A stretch of 50,999 nucleotides of DNA from Eubacteriales bacterium (GCA_045629205.1 JAZQQT010000187.1:1-50999); one strand, 5' to 3'; counted from the stretch's first letter, positions 25,750 through 37,711 are shown. The notes: generated by a model from the letters alone, not told the origin. Numbers and translations are program-made.

Positions 25750-26709
25750 TTATTCTTTGTCTTCTCTGAAGCTCAATCCGTACTGTTCAATCTTATTGGT
25801 AACCTCTTCAAGAGATTTCTTACCGAGATTACGAACGTTTGACATTTCCGTGAATGTCTTTGCAACAAGATCCTCAACGGTATTGATTCCTGCCCTCTTA
25901 AGGCAGTTAAATGAACGAACGGAAAGTTCAAGTTCCTCAATAGTCATACTGAGAACTTTTTCGGTCATGGGTTCGTCGCCGCTCTTCCAGCCTGCGCCGC
26001 CGCCGATTTCGTTGATTTCTTCTCCGAGCTCGACAAAGAGTGAAAGATGTTCGCTCATTATCTTTGCGGAGAGAGCAACAGCGGAACGTGCCGAAGTTGT
26101 TCCGTTTGTCCAAACTTCAAGTGTAAGTTTATCATAGTCGGTAATCTGACCGACACGTGTATTTTCTACACTGTAATTTACCTTAAGAACCGGGGAATGC
26201 GAAGAATCGATTGCTATAAGGCCGATCGGAGCGGATGCGGGTTTGTTCTTTTCGGTCTGAACATAACCTCTGCCCATTCCAACCGTGATTTCCATATAGA
26301 AACGAACGTTTTTGGTTAACGTTGCGATATGCATATTGGGATTAAGAATCTCAAGATCAGAATCCGACTGAATATCGGCAGCGGTAACTTCGCCTTCTTC
26401 GTTAACTTCAATAAAGGCAAATTTATTGGTTTTTCCTCCGTGCAGTCTGCAGATAAGGCCCTTCATATTAAGGACGATTTCGGAGATATCTTCTTTGACA
26501 CCGGGGATGGTCGCAAATTCGTGCTGCGCTCCGTCTATTTTAAGAGAAGTAACAGCCGCGCCCTGCAGTGATGAAAGAAGAATTCTGCGGAGGGAGTTGC
26601 CGAGGGTTATACCATAACCTCTTTCCAGAGGCTCTACGACAAATTTTCCATATGTTCCGTCATTTGTTGATTCTACAATTTCAACTGTCGGTTTTTCTAT
26701 TTCTATCAT
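25750..26709 (-). CDS. rpoA: DNA-directed RNA polymerase subunit alpha
   Basis: MIEIEKP... N-terminal domain, and C-terminal domain [23 protein letters not shown]. The ATG at 26709 is preferred over the GTG at 26718. Confidence 0.95.
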   Translation of the reverse strand: MIEIEKPTVEIVESTNDGTYGKFVVEPLERGYGITLGNSLRRILLSSLQGAAVTSLKIDGAQHEFATIPGVKEDISEIVLNMKGLICRLHGGKTNKFAFIEVNEEGEVTAADIQSDSDLEILNPNMHIATLTKNVRFYMEITVGMGRGYVQTEKNKPASAPIGLIAIDSSHSPVLKVNYSVENTRVGQITDYDKLTLEVWTNGTTSARSAVALSAKIMSEHLSLFVELGEEINEIGGGAGWKSGDEPMTEKVLSMTIEELELSVRSFNCLKRAGINTVEDLVAKTFTEMSNVRNLGKKSLEEVTNKIEQYGLSFREDKE

Positions 26710-26789
26710 AGTGTGCACCCTTTCTTTTTTGTTAAAAGTCTGAATGTCGGAATAAATATCCGTAGGATACTAACAGAAATACATACCTG

Positions 26790-27422
26790 TTATTTAGAAT
26801 ACAACTCGACGATCAGGTGAACTTTAATCGGGAGATCAACATCTTCCGCTGTGGGAAGAGCTACGACCTTACCGACATAATTATTGTCGTTTTTGGAAAC
26901 CTCAAGCCATTTGGGAAGGGGTTTGGATTCTGTGGATTCCAGAACTGCCTTCATTTTGGGTGAATCCATTGTGCTGACTTTGATAGCTATTTCATCGCCT
27001 GCCTTGAGAATGTAAGAAGGAATGTCTACCTTGCTTCCGTTAACAAGAAAATGGCCATGACGAACGAGCTGTCTTGCTTCCGGACGGGAAACTGCGAAGC
27101 CCATTCTGTAAACTATGTTGTCCATTCTGGTTTCGAGAATCTGAAGAAGATTGTCACCGGTGATACCGGACATCTTCGTTGCTTTTTCATAATATTCAGC
27201 GAACTGTTTTTCCGCTACACCGTAAAATCTCTTTGCCTTCTGTTTTTCACGAAGCTGAACTCCGTATTCGGTAAGTTTCTTACGGCGGGCACCGTGCTGA
27301 CCGGGAACGCCTCTGCCGGCATTCAGGGGGCACTTATCGGAATAACATTTATCGCCTTTAAGGAACAGTTTCTGCTGTTCACGTCTGCACTGTTTGCAAA
27401 CAGGACCTGTATATCTTGCCAT
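26790..27422 (-). CDS. rpsD: 30S ribosomal protein S4
   Basis: [15 protein letters not shown]... Confidence 0.95.
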   Translation of the reverse strand: MARYTGPVCKQCRREQQKLFLKGDKCYSDKCPLNAGRGVPGQHGARRKKLTEYGVQLREKQKAKRFYGVAEKQFAEYYEKATKMSGITGDNLLQILETRMDNIVYRMGFAVSRPEARQLVRHGHFLVNGSKVDIPSYILKAGDEIAIKVSTMDSPKMKAVLESTESKPLPKWLEVSKNDNNYVGKVVALPTAEDVDLPIKVHLIVELYSK

Positions 27423-27436
27423 TTCGTTACCTCCTA

Positions 27437-27838
27437 TTATACTCTACGTCTCTTTGGCGGACGGCATCCGTTGTGAGGAATAGGTGTTACATCCTTAATG
27501 GAAACAACCTGGAGTCCTGCTGTTTCAAGGGCTCTGATTGCGGATTCACGACCGGATCCGGGGCCTTTTACGTAAACTTCTACTGTTTTCATTCCGTGAT
27601 CTGCAGCAGCTTTGCCTGCAGTTTCGGCAGCCATCTGAGCAGCGAACGGAGTGGATTTTTTGGATCCTTTGAATCCGAGTTCACCGGCAGATGCCCATGA
27701 TACTGCGTTGCCGTTTACGTCTGTAATGGTAACGATTGTATTGTTATAGGAAGCACGGATATGAGCAGCGCCTTTATCTATGTTCTTTTTGTCTTTACGT
27801 CTTTTAACAACTGTTTTTTTAGCAGCAGCTTTTGCCAT
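27437..27838 (-). CDS. rpsK: 30S ribosomal protein S11
   Basis: ...[28 protein letters not shown]... Confidence 0.95.
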   Translation of the reverse strand: MAKAAAKKTVVKRRKDKKNIDKGAAHIRASYNNTIVTITDVNGNAVSWASAGELGFKGSKKSTPFAAQMAAETAGKAAADHGMKTVEVYVKGPGSGRESAIRALETAGLQVVSIKDVTPIPHNGCRPPKRRRV

Positions 27839-27853
27839 TTCTGTATCCTCCTA

Positions 27854-28222
27854 TTACTTCTTCTTATTTGCTACGGTCTTAGAGGGACCTTTACGTGTGC
27901 GGGCATTTGTCTTTGTTCTCTGACCTCTTACGGGGAGAGATTTTCTGTGACGGATGCCTCTGTAGCAACCGATTTCAACAAGTCTCTTGATGTTAAGAGC
28001 GACTTCTCTTCTGAGGTCACCTTCAACAACGAGGTTCTTGTCTATATAATCACGAAGTTTTGCGATATCATCATCTGACAAATCTTTTGCTCTGATATCA
28101 GGGTCAACACCAGTGATAGCCAAAATGTCTCTGGATTTGTTGATTCCGATTCCGTATATATAAGTAAGAGCTACTTCAATACGTTTTGTGTTAGGTAAAT
28201 CAATACCGGCTATTCTTGCCAT
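27854..28222 (-). CDS. rpsM: 30S ribosomal protein S13
   Basis: [26 protein letters not shown]... Confidence 0.95.
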   Translation of the reverse strand: MARIAGIDLPNTKRIEVALTYIYGIGINKSRDILAITGVDPDIRAKDLSDDDIAKLRDYIDKNLVVEGDLRREVALNIKRLVEIGCYRGIRHRKSLPVRGQRTKTNARTRKGPSKTVANKKK

Positions 28223-28243
28223 ATTCTAAAATACACCTCCAAA

Positions 28244-28357
28244 TCAGCCTTGTCTCTGCTTATGCTTGGGGTCGGAGCAGATAACCATAACTTTGCCTTT
28301 GCGTTTAATAACCTTGCATTTGTCACACATAGGTTTAACAGAAGGACGTACCTTCAT
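28244..28357 (-). CDS. rpmJ: 50S ribosomal protein L36 (zinc-ribbon form)
   Basis: Not in the ORF track because it is under 60 aa. Hand translation gives [37 protein letters not shown]. Confidence 0.9.
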   Translation of the reverse strand: MKVRPSVKPMCDKCKVIKRKGKVMVICSDPKHKQRQG

Positions 28358-28401
28358 AATAATTACCTCCTATTTTGCACATAAGTGCTTGGTAAATGTC
28401 T

Positions 28402-28632
28402 TTACAGCGCAGCTTTTTTCCCGCGCCAGGTAATTCTGCCTTTAGTCAGGTCATTGGGTGACATTTCAACCGTAACTCTGTCGCCGAGCAGTATCCTGAT
28501 GTTGTTGAATCTGAGTTTACCGGAAATATACGCCGTAATCTTAAATCCGTTGGAAAGCTCAACTATAAACTTTGTATTCGGTAATATTTCGATTACTGTA
28601 CCTTCGAACTCGATCAAACCGTCTTTAGCCAA
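28402..28632 (-). CDS. infA: translation initiation factor IF-1
   Basis: [29 protein letters not shown]...RITWR. Confidence 0.93.
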   Translation of the reverse strand: MAKDGLIEFEGTVIEILPNTKFIVELSNGFKITAYISGKLRFNNIRILLGDRVTVEMSPNDLTKGRITWRGKKAAL

Positions 28633-28900
28633 TCTGTAAATCCTCCTTGTTCAGGAACTCTTTGATACATTTTCTGATTTCGGCATTTGCTACGCCGATG
28701 TCTTTTGATGTCCGGATCACCGGATTTTCTTTGACAAGCACGCAATGCCGCAGATTCTTTTTCTTGGGTTTTTCGACCCTTCTTAAATCTCCGTCCGCAA
28801 GATAAAGGAAACCGTCTTTAACGGATATAACGATAAAAAACTGATTTTTATCGTGTCCGGCAAGAGATTTGACCAAATCACCCTGTTTTGGAAAATTCAT
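28625..28900 (-). CDS. KOW-domain RNA-binding protein (the small gene commonly found between map and infA in Clostridia)
   Basis: 91-aa [21 protein letters not shown] is KOW-like. The position between map and infA fits. Confidence 0.7.
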   Translation of the reverse strand: MNFPKQGDLVKSLAGHDKNQFFIVISVKDGFLYLADGDLRRVEKPKKKNLRHCVLVKENPVIRTSKDIGVANAEIRKCIKEFLNKEDLQIG

Positions 28901-28936
28901 ATCGGGCCTCCGATTATTTCCGGAAAAAAATCCGGA

Positions 28937-29686
28937 TTACAGAGATGTGAGTATTAACGGCTCGTTATCGGTAATCGCTATCGTATTCTCATAATGAGCA
29001 GAAAGCTTACCGTCCGTCGTTACAACAGTCCACTTGTTCGGTAAAACCATAACATCGGGATCACCCTCGTTTACCATTGGTTCTACCGCAATGGTCATTC
29101 CGGAGCGAAGCCTGAGACCTCTGCCCGGAGAACCGTAATTGGGAACATCGGGATCTTCATGTAAATGTGTTCCGACACCATGTCCGATATATTCATAAAC
29201 AACCGAATAACCGTTTGAATTGGCATAACTTTCGATTGCCGATCCTATATCTCCGATTCTTTTTCCTGCCGTTGCATTTGCTATACCTCTGTAGAAGCAC
29301 TCTTTTGTAACTTCCACAAGTTTTTCGGCAGCAGCCGAACATTCCCCTACGAGAAAAGTTCTGGCAGTATCGGAATGGTAGCCGTTTAATAGAACACCGA
29401 CATCAATACTCACCAAATCCCCATTGTTAATGACACGACGCTCTGACGGAATCCCGTGTATTACCTCATCATTGACAGAGATACATGCAGAAGCGGGAAA
29501 TCCACCATAACCCAAAAAGGAAGGTGTCGCGCCATGGGAAGAAATAAACTTGTGAATAACCGTATCGAGATACTTTGTTGTTATTCCCGGTTCAAGCGCT
29601 TTTTCGGCAACAACGAGAAGCTGCGCTGCCAAAGCACCTGCCTTACGCATCAAGTCTATTTCTCTTTGTGATTTAATTGTGATCAT
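28937..29686 (-). CDS. map: type I methionine aminopeptidase
   Basis: 249-aa ORF with GHGVG and metal-ligand pattern (D...D...H...E...E). Confidence 0.93.
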   Translation of the reverse strand: MITIKSQREIDLMRKAGALAAQLLVVAEKALEPGITTKYLDTVIHKFISSHGATPSFLGYGGFPASACISVNDEVIHGIPSERRVINNGDLVSIDVGVLLNGYHSDTARTFLVGECSAAAEKLVEVTKECFYRGIANATAGKRIGDIGSAIESYANSNGYSVVYEYIGHGVGTHLHEDPDVPNYGSPGRGLRLRSGMTIAVEPMVNEGDPDVMVLPNKWTVVTTDGKLSAHYENTIAITDNEPLILTSL

Positions 29687-30342
29687 TCGCCAATGCCTTC
29701 TTCCAAAGCCTTTCTGACATTTGCCGAAGTATCGGCAAGCAATTCACAACCTTTTGCTCTTCTGAGTTTTCCCTGTGCATCGTAATAGGTCTCGAGAGGA
29801 GCTGTTTTTTTGTGATAGACAGCCAATCTGTCTGCAACGACCTGAGGATTGTCATCCGGTCTGATTGCAAGCTCGGATCCGCATTTATCACAAATATTTT
29901 CTTCCTTGGGCGGATTATACATAACATGATATGATGCGCCGCATTTCGGACAAACGCGTCTTCCGGACATTCTTGTTATGATATCTTCATCGGCAACATC
30001 TATAGACAATACTATATCGATTTTGCCGCCGTTTTCGGAAAGCATAACATCAAGTGCTTCCGCCTGAGGAATCGTGCGGGGAAAGCCGTCGAGGATATAA
30101 CCGTTTTTGCAGTCTGCCTGAGCAAGTCTGCCTTTAACGATCTCGATAACGTCACTGTCGGGAACAAGCTGACCGGCTTCTATTATTTCTTTGAGTCTGT
30201 TTCCGAGTTCGGTTCCCGATGCAATTTCTTCACGAAGAATGGCTCCGGTTGAAATCTGCGGAATACCGTAGTGTTCGGAAATAATTTCAGCTTGTGTGCC
30301 TTTACCGGCGCCGGGGGCACCGAGTAAAATCAATCTCAACAT
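29683..30342 (-). CDS. adk: adenylate kinase (zinc-lid form)
   Basis: Start at MLRLILLGAPGAGKGTQA (ATG 30342, after AAGGGA). Lid motif CPKCGASYH...CDKCGSEL. Confidence 0.93.
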   Translation of the reverse strand: MLRLILLGAPGAGKGTQAEIISEHYGIPQISTGAILREEIASGTELGNRLKEIIEAGQLVPDSDVIEIVKGRLAQADCKNGYILDGFPRTIPQAEALDVMLSENGGKIDIVLSIDVADEDIITRMSGRRVCPKCGASYHVMYNPPKEENICDKCGSELAIRPDDNPQVVADRLAVYHKKTAPLETYYDAQGKLRRAKGCELLADTSANVRKALEEGIGE

Positions 30343-30427
30343 ATTTGTTTTCCCTTCTTCGACAAAACATTCGGGATCAGGTCGCCGTCTGTCGAATAAC
30401 GGCGACCGATCCGGTATATAGCTGTTA

Positions 30428-31720
30428 TCAATCAAGGAAGCCTTTATAGTGACGAAGCATCATCTGAGATTCAAGAGACTTGACTGTTTCGAGTGCAACA
30501 CTTACAAGAATCATCATAGATGTACCGCCAAGACCGATATTGGCTCCGTTGTCAAAGATAAGCTGTAAAATGTAAGGACAAACGGCTATAAATCCGAGGA
30601 ATATAGCGCCGAACAAGGTAACTCTGTTTACAACTTTCGTAATATAGTCACTTGTCGGTTTTCCGGGTCTGATACCGGGAATCGTTCCGCCCTGGTTCTT
30701 AAGATTGTTTGCTATTTCAACCGTGTTATACTGGATGGAGAGGTAGAAATAGTTGAAAGCAATAATAAGAATGAAAGTGATTATCATATATGCGGCGCTT
30801 GTTTGTGAGAAATAGTTCTCAATAAACTTTGCAAATCCGGAACTCGGGAAAAACGCAGCGATGGTATTGGGAATAGCGACGATCGCATAAGCGAAGATGA
30901 TAGGCATAACACCGGTCATACATACTTTAATGGGAAGGTTGCTGCTCTGTCCGCCGTAAAGTTTGCGGCCCATCTGACGTTTTGCATACTGAACATAAAT
31001 ACGTCTTTCGGCGCTGTCCATGAAAACGATGAGCGCGAACATTGCGATACCGAGAACGAGAATGATAATGGAAACGTACCAATTACCGTTCTTGAACTGA
31101 TTGATAAGATACGAAACAAAATCTATACCGCGGGATACGATAGATGCGAAAAGAATCATTGAGATACCGTTTCCGATACCTTTTTCATCGATACATTCGC
31201 CGAGCCACATAACAAGCATGGAACCTGCAACGAGAGTTGCAATCATAACAACCGGAGCTACAACGCCGGAGAATCCGGAGTAGGAATCGATTGCGTTGAT
31301 TGAATTAAGCGTTACATAATATCCGAGAGCCTGGACAATTGCGATGGCGATTGTAACATATCTTGTGATGGCATTGAGCTTTTTCTTTCCTTCTTCTCCG
31401 CCGTCTTTCTGCAATCTCTCAAAATAAGGAATTGCAATCGTCAGCAATTCAATAATAATGCTGGCATTGATGTAAGGCTGAATGGTTAAAGCAAAAATCG
31501 TTCCGTAAGACAAAGCGCCGCCGGATAACATATTGAGATAACCGAGAAGCCCTGCGGATGTATCGGAGTTAAAGAAATTCTGAACTGCCGCCTGATTAAG
31601 AAATGGAACAGGAAGATTTGCGCCGATTCTGAACAATACGATGATAAACAACGTAAATAACAGTTTTTTGCGGATATCTTCAACTTTCCATGCGTTGCGT
31701 AAAGTTTGGAGAATAGACAT
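30428..31720 (-). CDS. secY: preprotein translocase subunit SecY
   Basis: 430-aa polytopic ORF located between rplO and adk. Confidence 0.95.
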   Translation of the reverse strand: MSILQTLRNAWKVEDIRKKLLFTLFIIVLFRIGANLPVPFLNQAAVQNFFNSDTSAGLLGYLNMLSGGALSYGTIFALTIQPYINASIIIELLTIAIPYFERLQKDGGEEGKKKLNAITRYVTIAIAIVQALGYYVTLNSINAIDSYSGFSGVVAPVVMIATLVAGSMLVMWLGECIDEKGIGNGISMILFASIVSRGIDFVSYLINQFKNGNWYVSIIILVLGIAMFALIVFMDSAERRIYVQYAKRQMGRKLYGGQSSNLPIKVCMTGVMPIIFAYAIVAIPNTIAAFFPSSGFAKFIENYFSQTSAAYMIITFILIIAFNYFYLSIQYNTVEIANNLKNQGGTIPGIRPGKPTSDYITKVVNRVTLFGAIFLGFIAVCPYILQLIFDNGANIGLGGTSMMILVSVALETVKSLESQMMLRHYKGFLD

Positions 31721-31722
31721 TG

Positions 31723-32166
31723 TTATGCCTCCTCTGCTGTTCCGCCCGCTGCCTCAATCTTTGCCTTAGCGGATTCGGAAAACTTTGTAGCCTTTACCGT
31801 GAGCTTTTTTTCGAGCTCGCCTCCGCCGAGGATCTTAACTTCCTTGTCAACATCGTTGATAAGGCCTTCATTATAGAGCTCTTGTGCGGTGATAACAGAA
31901 TCACTGTCAAAGCCGTTTAAATCGCATACATTAACGATCTGATAAACTTTAGCGAAATGAGAGTTATCAAAACCACGCTTAGGCTGTCTTCTTTGTAAAG
32001 GCATCTGGCCGCCTTCAAAACCGGGTCTTACTCCGCCGCCTGAACGTGCTTTCTGACCCTTATGGCCTCTGCCTGCGGTTTTACCGTTACCTGTGCCCGG
32101 GCCTCTGCCCTTTCTCTTGGCAACTTTAACGGAACCTTCGGCAGGGAAAAGATCTGATATTTTCAT
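31723..32166 (-). CDS. rplO: 50S ribosomal protein L15
   Basis: [25 protein letters not shown]. Confidence 0.95.
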   Translation of the reverse strand: MKISDLFPAEGSVKVAKRKGRGPGTGNGKTAGRGHKGQKARSGGGVRPGFEGGQMPLQRRQPKRGFDNSHFAKVYQIVNVCDLNGFDSDSVITAQELYNEGLINDVDKEVKILGGGELEKKLTVKATKFSESAKAKIEAAGGTAEEA

Positions 32167-32178
32167 GCCGATACCTCC

Positions 32179-32373
32179 TTATTCTTCAACCTTGAGCATA
32201 TAGCTGATTAATTTGATTTTTCCCAAAGTAGCTTCATTATTCGGCTGTTCGACTGTCTGGCCGATTTTACGGAGACCGAGAGACTGCGCAGTGGCAATGT
32301 GGCTCTTGTTTCTTCCGATGAGGCTCTTTGTGAGAGTGATTTTAAGGGTATCTGCCGTATATGTCTGTGCCAT
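32179..32373 (-). CDS. rpmD: 50S ribosomal protein L30
   Basis: [29 protein letters not shown]. Confidence 0.93.
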   Translation of the reverse strand: MAQTYTADTLKITLTKSLIGRNKSHIATAQSLGLRKIGQTVEQPNNEATLGKIKLISYMLKVEE

Positions 32374-32386
32374 TATAATACCCTCC

Positions 32387-32887
32387 TTAACCTATAACTT
32401 CTTCGACGGACTTGCCTCTTACTTCAGCAACCTGCTGTGCATCTCTGAGTGAGAGAAGACCGTTGATTGTAGCTTTTGCAAGATTTTTGGGGTTTCTGGA
32501 ACGAAGAGCTTTTGTTCTTATATCCTTAACACCAGCCATCTCGAGAACGTCTCTGACTGCGCCACCGGCGATAACTCCGGTACCTTCTGCAGCGGGTTTG
32601 AGAACAACAAGGCTTGCGCCGTATTCACAAACTACTTCATGAGGAATCGTTGTTCCTTTAAGTGTAACAGTAACAAGATTCTTTTTTGCATCCTGAACTG
32701 CTTTTGCAACTGCATCGGGAACTTCGGCGGATTTTCCCATACCTACGCCGACTTTGCCGTTTCCATCACCGACAACCATAAGAACCGAGAATTTTCTCTT
32801 ACGGCCGCCTTTAACGGTTTTGGATACGGGGTCGCAGGCGATCATTTTTTCATTCAAGCCCGAATTGGAACTCTGTTTTACATTCAT
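32387..32887 (-). CDS. rpsE: 30S ribosomal protein S5
   Basis: [27 protein letters not shown]. Confidence 0.95.
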   Translation of the reverse strand: MNVKQSSNSGLNEKMIACDPVSKTVKGGRKRKFSVLMVVGDGNGKVGVGMGKSAEVPDAVAKAVQDAKKNLVTVTLKGTTIPHEVVCEYGASLVVLKPAAEGTGVIAGGAVRDVLEMAGVKDIRTKALRSRNPKNLAKATINGLLSLRDAQQVAEVRGKSVEEVIG

Positions 32888-32909
32888 TGAATAATCCTCC
32901 TAACGCGAC

Positions 32910-33272
32910 TCAGAAATTGAGTCCGCCCTCTCTGGCGCCTTCAGCCAAAGCTTGGATTCTGCCGTGATAAAGGTAACCGCCGCGGTCGAAGACCACGTCT
33001 TTAATTCCTTTTTCGAGAGCAAGCTTTGCAATGTCGTTGCCTATCTTTTTTGCAGCTTCTATATTGCCGCCGTATACTTCAGAATATTCTTTGCTGACGG
33101 TGGAAAGGGAAACAAGAGTTACACCTGCTTCGTCGTCGATTATCTGAGCATATATGTTTTTAAGGGATCTGTAAACGCAAAGGCGAGGGCACTCTGCAGT
33201 TCCGGATATTTTACCGCGAACGCGAAGATGACGTTTTACGCGCAATGCATTAGCATCTTTTCTCGTAACCAT
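32910..33272 (-). CDS. rplR: 50S ribosomal protein L18
   Basis: [34 protein letters not shown]. Confidence 0.95.
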   Translation of the reverse strand: MVTRKDANALRVKRHLRVRGKISGTAECPRLCVYRSLKNIYAQIIDDEAGVTLVSLSTVSKEYSEVYGGNIEAAKKIGNDIAKLALEKGIKDVVFDRGGYLYHGRIQALAEGAREGGLNF

Positions 33273-33299
33273 AATAGTTCAATTATCCTCCTACAGGTA

Positions 33300-33845
33300 T
33301 TATTTTTTACCCGTTTTGCCTTCCTTCTGTTTTACAAATTCTCCGGCATAACGGACGCCCTTGCCATGATATGGCTCGGGAGGTCTCTTTCCGCGGATCT
33401 CAGCGGCAATCTGACCTACCATCTGTTTATCGGCTCCTGATACCGTGAAAGTGGTTGCGCTTGTAACATCAAAAGTAATACCTTTGATTTCGGGAATGAT
33501 AACGGGATGAGAATAACCTAATGTTAATTCAAGACCGTTACCGTTTTTTGCTACCTTGTAACCGGTTCCGATGATTTCGAGAGCCTTTGTGAATCCTTTA
33601 GTAACACCGTCTACCATATTGGCAACCAATGTTCTTGTCAGTCCGTGAAGGGCTTTGTGCTCCTGACTGTCGCTGGGACGGACAACCTTGATAACTGCGC
33701 CGTCAACCTCAACAGAAATAGCAGGGTTGAGATTTCTGGAAAGCTCAGCCTTGGGTCCCTTTACGGTGATGATGTGTGCGTCGGCATTGTAATCAACGGT
33801 AACACCGGCGGGTATATTTATAAGTTTTCTACCAATTCTTGACAT
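33300..33845 (-). CDS. rplF: 50S ribosomal protein L6
   Basis: MSRIGRKLINIPAGVTV... Confidence 0.95.
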   Translation of the reverse strand: MSRIGRKLINIPAGVTVDYNADAHIITVKGPKAELSRNLNPAISVEVDGAVIKVVRPSDSQEHKALHGLTRTLVANMVDGVTKGFTKALEIIGTGYKVAKNGNGLELTLGYSHPVIIPEIKGITFDVTSATTFTVSGADKQMVGQIAAEIRGKRPPEPYHGKGVRYAGEFVKQKEGKTGKK

Positions 33846-33863
33846 TGATCTTTCCTCCAGTTT

Positions 33864-34262
33864 TTACCAAACGAATGCTAAAACTTCTCCGCCGATCTTT
33901 GCCTTTCTGGCTTCTTTATCGGTCATTACGCCGTTTGATGTGGAAACGATTGCAACACCAAGTCCGTTCATGACTTTGGGCATGTCTTCATATCCGACGT
34001 AAACGCGGAGGCCGGGCTTGGAAATACGCTGAACGCCGCGGATAGCCTGAGTCTTGCCGGCGCCGTATTTAAGAGCCACTTTGATTGTTCCCTGTTTCTC
34101 GTCGTCGATTACTTCATAAGATTTGATGTAACCTTCGTCGGCAAGGATGCGAGCGATTTCCTTTTTCATGTTGGAAGCGGGAATCTCTACGCTTTCATGT
34201 TTAGCGGAACTTGCGTTACGAATTCTGGTAAGCATATCCGCAATGGGGTCTGTAATCTGCAT
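33864..34262 (-). CDS. rpsH: 30S ribosomal protein S8
   Basis: [17 protein letters not shown]... Confidence 0.95.
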   Translation of the reverse strand: MQITDPIADMLTRIRNASSAKHESVEIPASNMKKEIARILADEGYIKSYEVIDDEKQGTIKVALKYGAGKTQAIRGVQRISKPGLRVYVGYEDMPKVMNGLGVAIVSTSNGVMTDKEARKAKIGGEVLAFVW

Positions 34263-34283
34263 TTTCGCTACCTCCTGTCCTTA

Positions 34284-34469
34284 TTACCAGCTGGCTTTCT
34301 TTACGCGGGGAATCTGGCCGTGGTAAGCAGGGTCTCTGAAGCAAATAGGGCAGATGCCGAATTTTCTGAGGTAAGCATGAGGTCTTCCGCAAATTTTGCA
34401 TCTGTTATATGCTCTCGTAGAGAATTTTGCGGGTGCCTGCTGTTTTAACTTTAATGATAATTTAGCCAT
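34284..34469 (-). CDS. rpsN: 30S ribosomal protein S14 type Z (zinc-binding)
   Basis: 61 aa, [22 protein letters not shown]. Confidence 0.93.
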   Translation of the reverse strand: MAKLSLKLKQQAPAKFSTRAYNRCKICGRPHAYLRKFGICPICFRDPAYHGQIPRVKKASW

Positions 34470-34483
34470 TTGCTTATCCTCCC

Positions 34484-35023
34484 TTACTTACTAAACGGTG
34501 CGCCCATCAGAGTGAGAAGTTCTTTTGCTTCTTCGTCTGTTGTGGCGGTTGTAACGAACATAATATCCATTCCGCGAACCTTGTCGATCTTATCGAATTC
34601 GATTTCGGGGAATATCAACTGCTCTTTGATACCGAAGGAATAATTTCCTCTGCCGTCGAAAGCATTGGGGTTAATTCCGCGGAAGTCACGGACACGGGGA
34701 AGAGCTACGTTGAAAAGACGATCAACGAATTCGTACATTCTTTCGCCTCTGAGCGTAACTTTTACGCCGATGGGCATTCCCTTACGAAGTTTGAAGTTTG
34801 CAACTGCTTTGTGAGATTTGCAAACCGTTGCCTTCTGACCTGTAATGGTTGTAATGTCGTTTACTACGGAATCGATAACTTTTGTGTTATCTTTTGCATC
34901 TCCGCATGCAACGTTTACAACGATTTTATCAAGTTTAGGAATCTGCATCGAGCTTTTGTAGTTGAATTTCTTCATCAACGCAGGAGCGATTTCTTTTACA
35001 TATAAATCTTTAATTGTAGACAT
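34484..35023 (-). CDS. rplE: 50S ribosomal protein L5
   Basis: Pattern and position between rplX and rpsN. Confidence 0.95.
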   Translation of the reverse strand: MSTIKDLYVKEIAPALMKKFNYKSSMQIPKLDKIVVNVACGDAKDNTKVIDSVVNDITTITGQKATVCKSHKAVANFKLRKGMPIGVKVTLRGERMYEFVDRLFNVALPRVRDFRGINPNAFDGRGNYSFGIKEQLIFPEIEFDKIDKVRGMDIMFVTTATTDEEAKELLTLMGAPFSK

Positions 35024-35040
35024 ATTCTCTTACTCCTCCG

Positions 35041-35355
35041 TTAAAATGTAGCCTTGCATTTTTTGCAAACTCTGACCTTTTTGCCGTCTTCCACTGTGTG
35101 GCCGACTCTGGTAGGTTTGCCGCATTTGGGACAAACAACCATAACCTTGGAAACTCTTACGGGTCCTTCGGTCTTGATTATTCCGCCCTGCTGCTGAGCG
35201 TTTCTGGGTTTAACATGCTTGGAAACCATATGAACGCCTTCAATGATAACCTGTCCTTCGGAGGGTGAAACTTCGATGACTTTACCTTTACTGCCTTTGC
35301 TGACGCCGGAAATAACCATTACGTTATCTCCTTTTTTGATGTTCATCTTGCTCAT
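35041..35355 (-). CDS. rplX: 50S ribosomal protein L24 (with C-terminal CxxC...CxxC ribbon)
   Basis: KKGDNVMVISGVSKGSKGKV KOW motif, then CPKCGK...CKKCK. Confidence 0.95.
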   Translation of the reverse strand: MSKMNIKKGDNVMVISGVSKGSKGKVIEVSPSEGQVIIEGVHMVSKHVKPRNAQQQGGIIKTEGPVRVSKVMVVCPKCGKPTRVGHTVEDGKKVRVCKKCKATF

Positions 35356-35370
35356 TTCGGTCTCCTCCTC

Positions 35371-35739
35371 TTACAGTACTTCGGGAGCGAGTGAAAGAAT
35401 CTTTGTGTATTCTTTTTCTCTGAGCTCTCTTGCTACGGGCCCGAAAATACGGGTGCCCTTGGGGTTTTTATCTTCGCCGATGATAACGGCTGCGTTTTCA
35501 TCAAAATGAATGTAGGAACCGTCTGCACGTCTGCAGCCTTTAACGCTGCGAACGATAACTGCTTTAACGACATCACCTTTTTTGACGACTCCGCCGGGAG
35601 TAGCTTTTTTAACAGCTCCCACGATTACATCGCCGATATTGGCAAATTTTCTGCCTGTGCCGCCCAAAACGCGGATGCACATAATTTCTTTTGCACCGGT
35701 ATTGTCGGCTATCTGAAGTAAACTCTGCTGTTGAATCAT
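35371..35739 (-). CDS. rplN: 50S ribosomal protein L14
   Basis: [27 protein letters not shown]. Confidence 0.95.
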   Translation of the reverse strand: MIQQQSLLQIADNTGAKEIMCIRVLGGTGRKFANIGDVIVGAVKKATPGGVVKKGDVVKAVIVRSVKGCRRADGSYIHFDENAAVIIGEDKNPKGTRIFGPVARELREKEYTKILSLAPEVL

Positions 35740-35756
35740 ATCGATACTCCTTCTGA

Positions 35757-36011
35757 TTATTTAGCTTTCTCGATAATCTCAACCACACGCCATCTCTTTT
35801 CTTTTGAAAGAGGTCTGGTTTCCATTATCTTTACTTTGTCGCCGATACCGCACTGATTCTCTTCATCGTGAGCTTTCAGTTTTGCAGTTCTTTTGATAAC
35901 TTTTTTATAAACCGGATGCTTAACATTTTCAAACAATGCAACGACGACGGTTTTATCCATTTTATCGGAAACTACGGTTCCAACTCTTGTTTTTCTAAGT
36001 GCTCTCTCCAT
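35757..36011 (-). CDS. rpsQ: 30S ribosomal protein S17
   Basis: [19 protein letters not shown]. Confidence 0.95.
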   Translation of the reverse strand: MERALRKTRVGTVVSDKMDKTVVVALFENVKHPVYKKVIKRTAKLKAHDEENQCGIGDKVKIMETRPLSKEKRWRVVEIIEKAK

Positions 36012-36025
36012 TATGTTTCCTCCTC

Positions 36026-36220
36026 TTAAGCATTAAGCTCTTTCTCACGGATTACCGTTTTGACTCTTGCGATGTCTTTTCTGACCGCTGCAAGTCTAAG
36101 CGGGTTGTCAAGCTGGTTTGTAGCATGTTGGAAACGAAGGTTGAACATTTCCTGTTTGAGATCCTTGAGTTTATTCTCAAGCTCTGCAGAAGACAATGCT
36201 CTTAATTCGGTAATTTTCAT
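36026..36220 (-). CDS. rpmC: 50S ribosomal protein L29
   Basis: [25 protein letters not shown]. Confidence 0.93.
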   Translation of the reverse strand: MKITELRALSSAELENKLKDLKQEMFNLRFQHATNQLDNPLRLAAVRKDIARVKTVIREKELNA

Positions 36221-36675
36221 TATTCGTTACCTCCGTCTTCTTCGGCTGCCGCTTCTTCGGCAACAGCTGTTTCTTTTGCGATGAATTTGCATTTAATGGG
36301 AAGTTTGTATGATGCAAGACGCATAGCTTCTTTTGCAACATCAGCAGGTATACCGGCCATTTCAAACATAATACGACCCGGTTTTACAACTGCTACCCAA
36401 TATTCGGGAGAACCTTTACCGGAACCCATACGGGTTTCAGCAGGTTTTTCGGTGATCGGCTTGTCGGGGAAGATTTTAATCCAGACTTTACCGCCTCTTT
36501 TGGTATAACGTGTCATTGCGATACGGGCTGCTTCGATCTGACGGGCTGTAATCCATGCAGGTTCGAGAGCTACGAGACCGTATTCGCCGCTTGACAGAGT
36601 ATTGCCTCTGGAAGCTTTACCGGTCAGTCTTCCGCGTTGAACACGTCTATATTTTACTCTTTTTGGCTGAAGCAT
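36220..36675 (-). CDS. rplP: 50S ribosomal protein L16
   Basis: [16 protein letters not shown]... Its GGGAGG RBS lies inside the rpsC 3' end. Confidence 0.95.
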   Translation of the reverse strand: MLQPKRVKYRRVQRGRLTGKASRGNTLSSGEYGLVALEPAWITARQIEAARIAMTRYTKRGGKVWIKIFPDKPITEKPAETRMGSGKGSPEYWVAVVKPGRIMFEMAGIPADVAKEAMRLASYKLPIKCKFIAKETAVAEEAAAEEDGGNE

Positions 36676-37342
36676 GACGGCTTTCCTCCCTTGCTGTAAA
36701 ATTCTTACCTGAAGAAAGAACTTCGCCTTTGTAAATCCAAACTTTTACGCCGATTTTACCGTAAGTGGTATTTGCTTCGGTAAATCCGTAATCGATATCG
36801 GCTCTGAGAGTCTGAAGAGGTATTGTTCCTTCATGGTAATGTTCGATTCTTGCGATTTCGGCACCGCCGAGACGACCTGAGACGCAGACTTTAATTCCTT
36901 TAACGCCGGTTTTCATGGTTCTTTCGATAGCCATTCTTGTAGCGCGTCTGAAGGAAACTCTCTTTTCGAGGTCTGAAGCTATTCTCTGTGCAACGAGAAC
37001 GGCGTTCTGGTCGGGTCTTCTCTCTTCGAGAATCGTAATATAAATCGGTTTGCCTACATATTTTGAAACATCATTTCTGAGTTTTTCGATTTCGGCACCG
37101 TTTTTACCCATAATCTGAGCGGGTCTTGCGCAACGAAGGAAGAGTCTGATCTTATCGTTGTTGTCACGTTCGATCTCTATACGAGCGAGCTGTGCACCTG
37201 CAAGGCGCTTGGTTACGAATTTTCTGATGTTGTAGTCTTCAACGAGAGTATCGCCGAATTTTTCGTCGCGGGCGTACCATCTGGAATCCCAGTTACGAAT
37301 AATACCCACTCTAAGACCGTGCGGATTAACTTTCTGTCCCAT
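36647..37342 (-). CDS. rpsC: 30S ribosomal protein S3
   Basis: [24 protein letters not shown]... Overlaps rplP by 29 nt and ends in TAG. Confidence 0.95.
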   Translation of the reverse strand: MGQKVNPHGLRVGIIRNWDSRWYARDEKFGDTLVEDYNIRKFVTKRLAGAQLARIEIERDNNDKIRLFLRCARPAQIMGKNGAEIEKLRNDVSKYVGKPIYITILEERRPDQNAVLVAQRIASDLEKRVSFRRATRMAIERTMKTGVKGIKVCVSGRLGGAEIARIEHYHEGTIPLQTLRADIDYGFTEANTTYGKIGVKVWIYKGEVLSSGKNFTAREESRHASAKKSKI

Positions 37343-37354
37343 TATCGTACCCCC

Positions 37355-37690
37355 TTATTCTTTCTCTGCAAGGATCATCGTAACATTGGATGATCTCTTG
37401 AGCATGATGTCGGCGCTGCCTCTTGCTCTGGGAACCATTCTCTTCATTGTGAGAGAAGGTCCGACATAGCATTCTTTTACATAAAGCTTCGAAACGTCCA
37501 TTCCGAAATTATGCTCCGCATTGGCAGCAGCGGATTTAACAAGTTTGTAAAGAGGCATGCTTGCAGCTTTCGGTGTGTTCTGCAAAATAGCCAGTGCAGT
37601 ACCCAAATCCTTCTTCCGGATAAGGTCAAGAACAACCTTAACCTTTCTGGGAGTGATGCGGATGCCTCTGAGATATGCTTTTGATTCCAT
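37355..37690 (-). CDS. rplV: 50S ribosomal protein L22
   Basis: Pattern and position. Confidence 0.95.
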   Translation of the reverse strand: MESKAYLRGIRITPRKVKVVLDLIRKKDLGTALAILQNTPKAASMPLYKLVKSAAANAEHNFGMDVSKLYVKECYVGPSLTMKRMVPRARGSADIMLKRSSNVTMILAEKE

Positions 37691-37711
37691 TTTCTTTCAG
37701 CCTCCTACTTA

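Noticed and set aside
30343-30435. 31-codon N-terminal extension of adk. Similar track extensions occur for 7239-7328, 44185-44226, 48879-48932, 46661-46678 and 2391-2435.
   Set aside because: In each case an internal ATG with a proper SD gives the canonical N-terminus or a signal peptide. The extensions overlap upstream genes or promoters.
36647-36675. The 29-nt overlap of rpsC and rplP as a sign of frameshift or misannotation.
   Set aside because: Both proteins have canonical termini. The rplP SD (GGGAGG) lies inside the rpsC tail, consistent with ordinary translational coupling.
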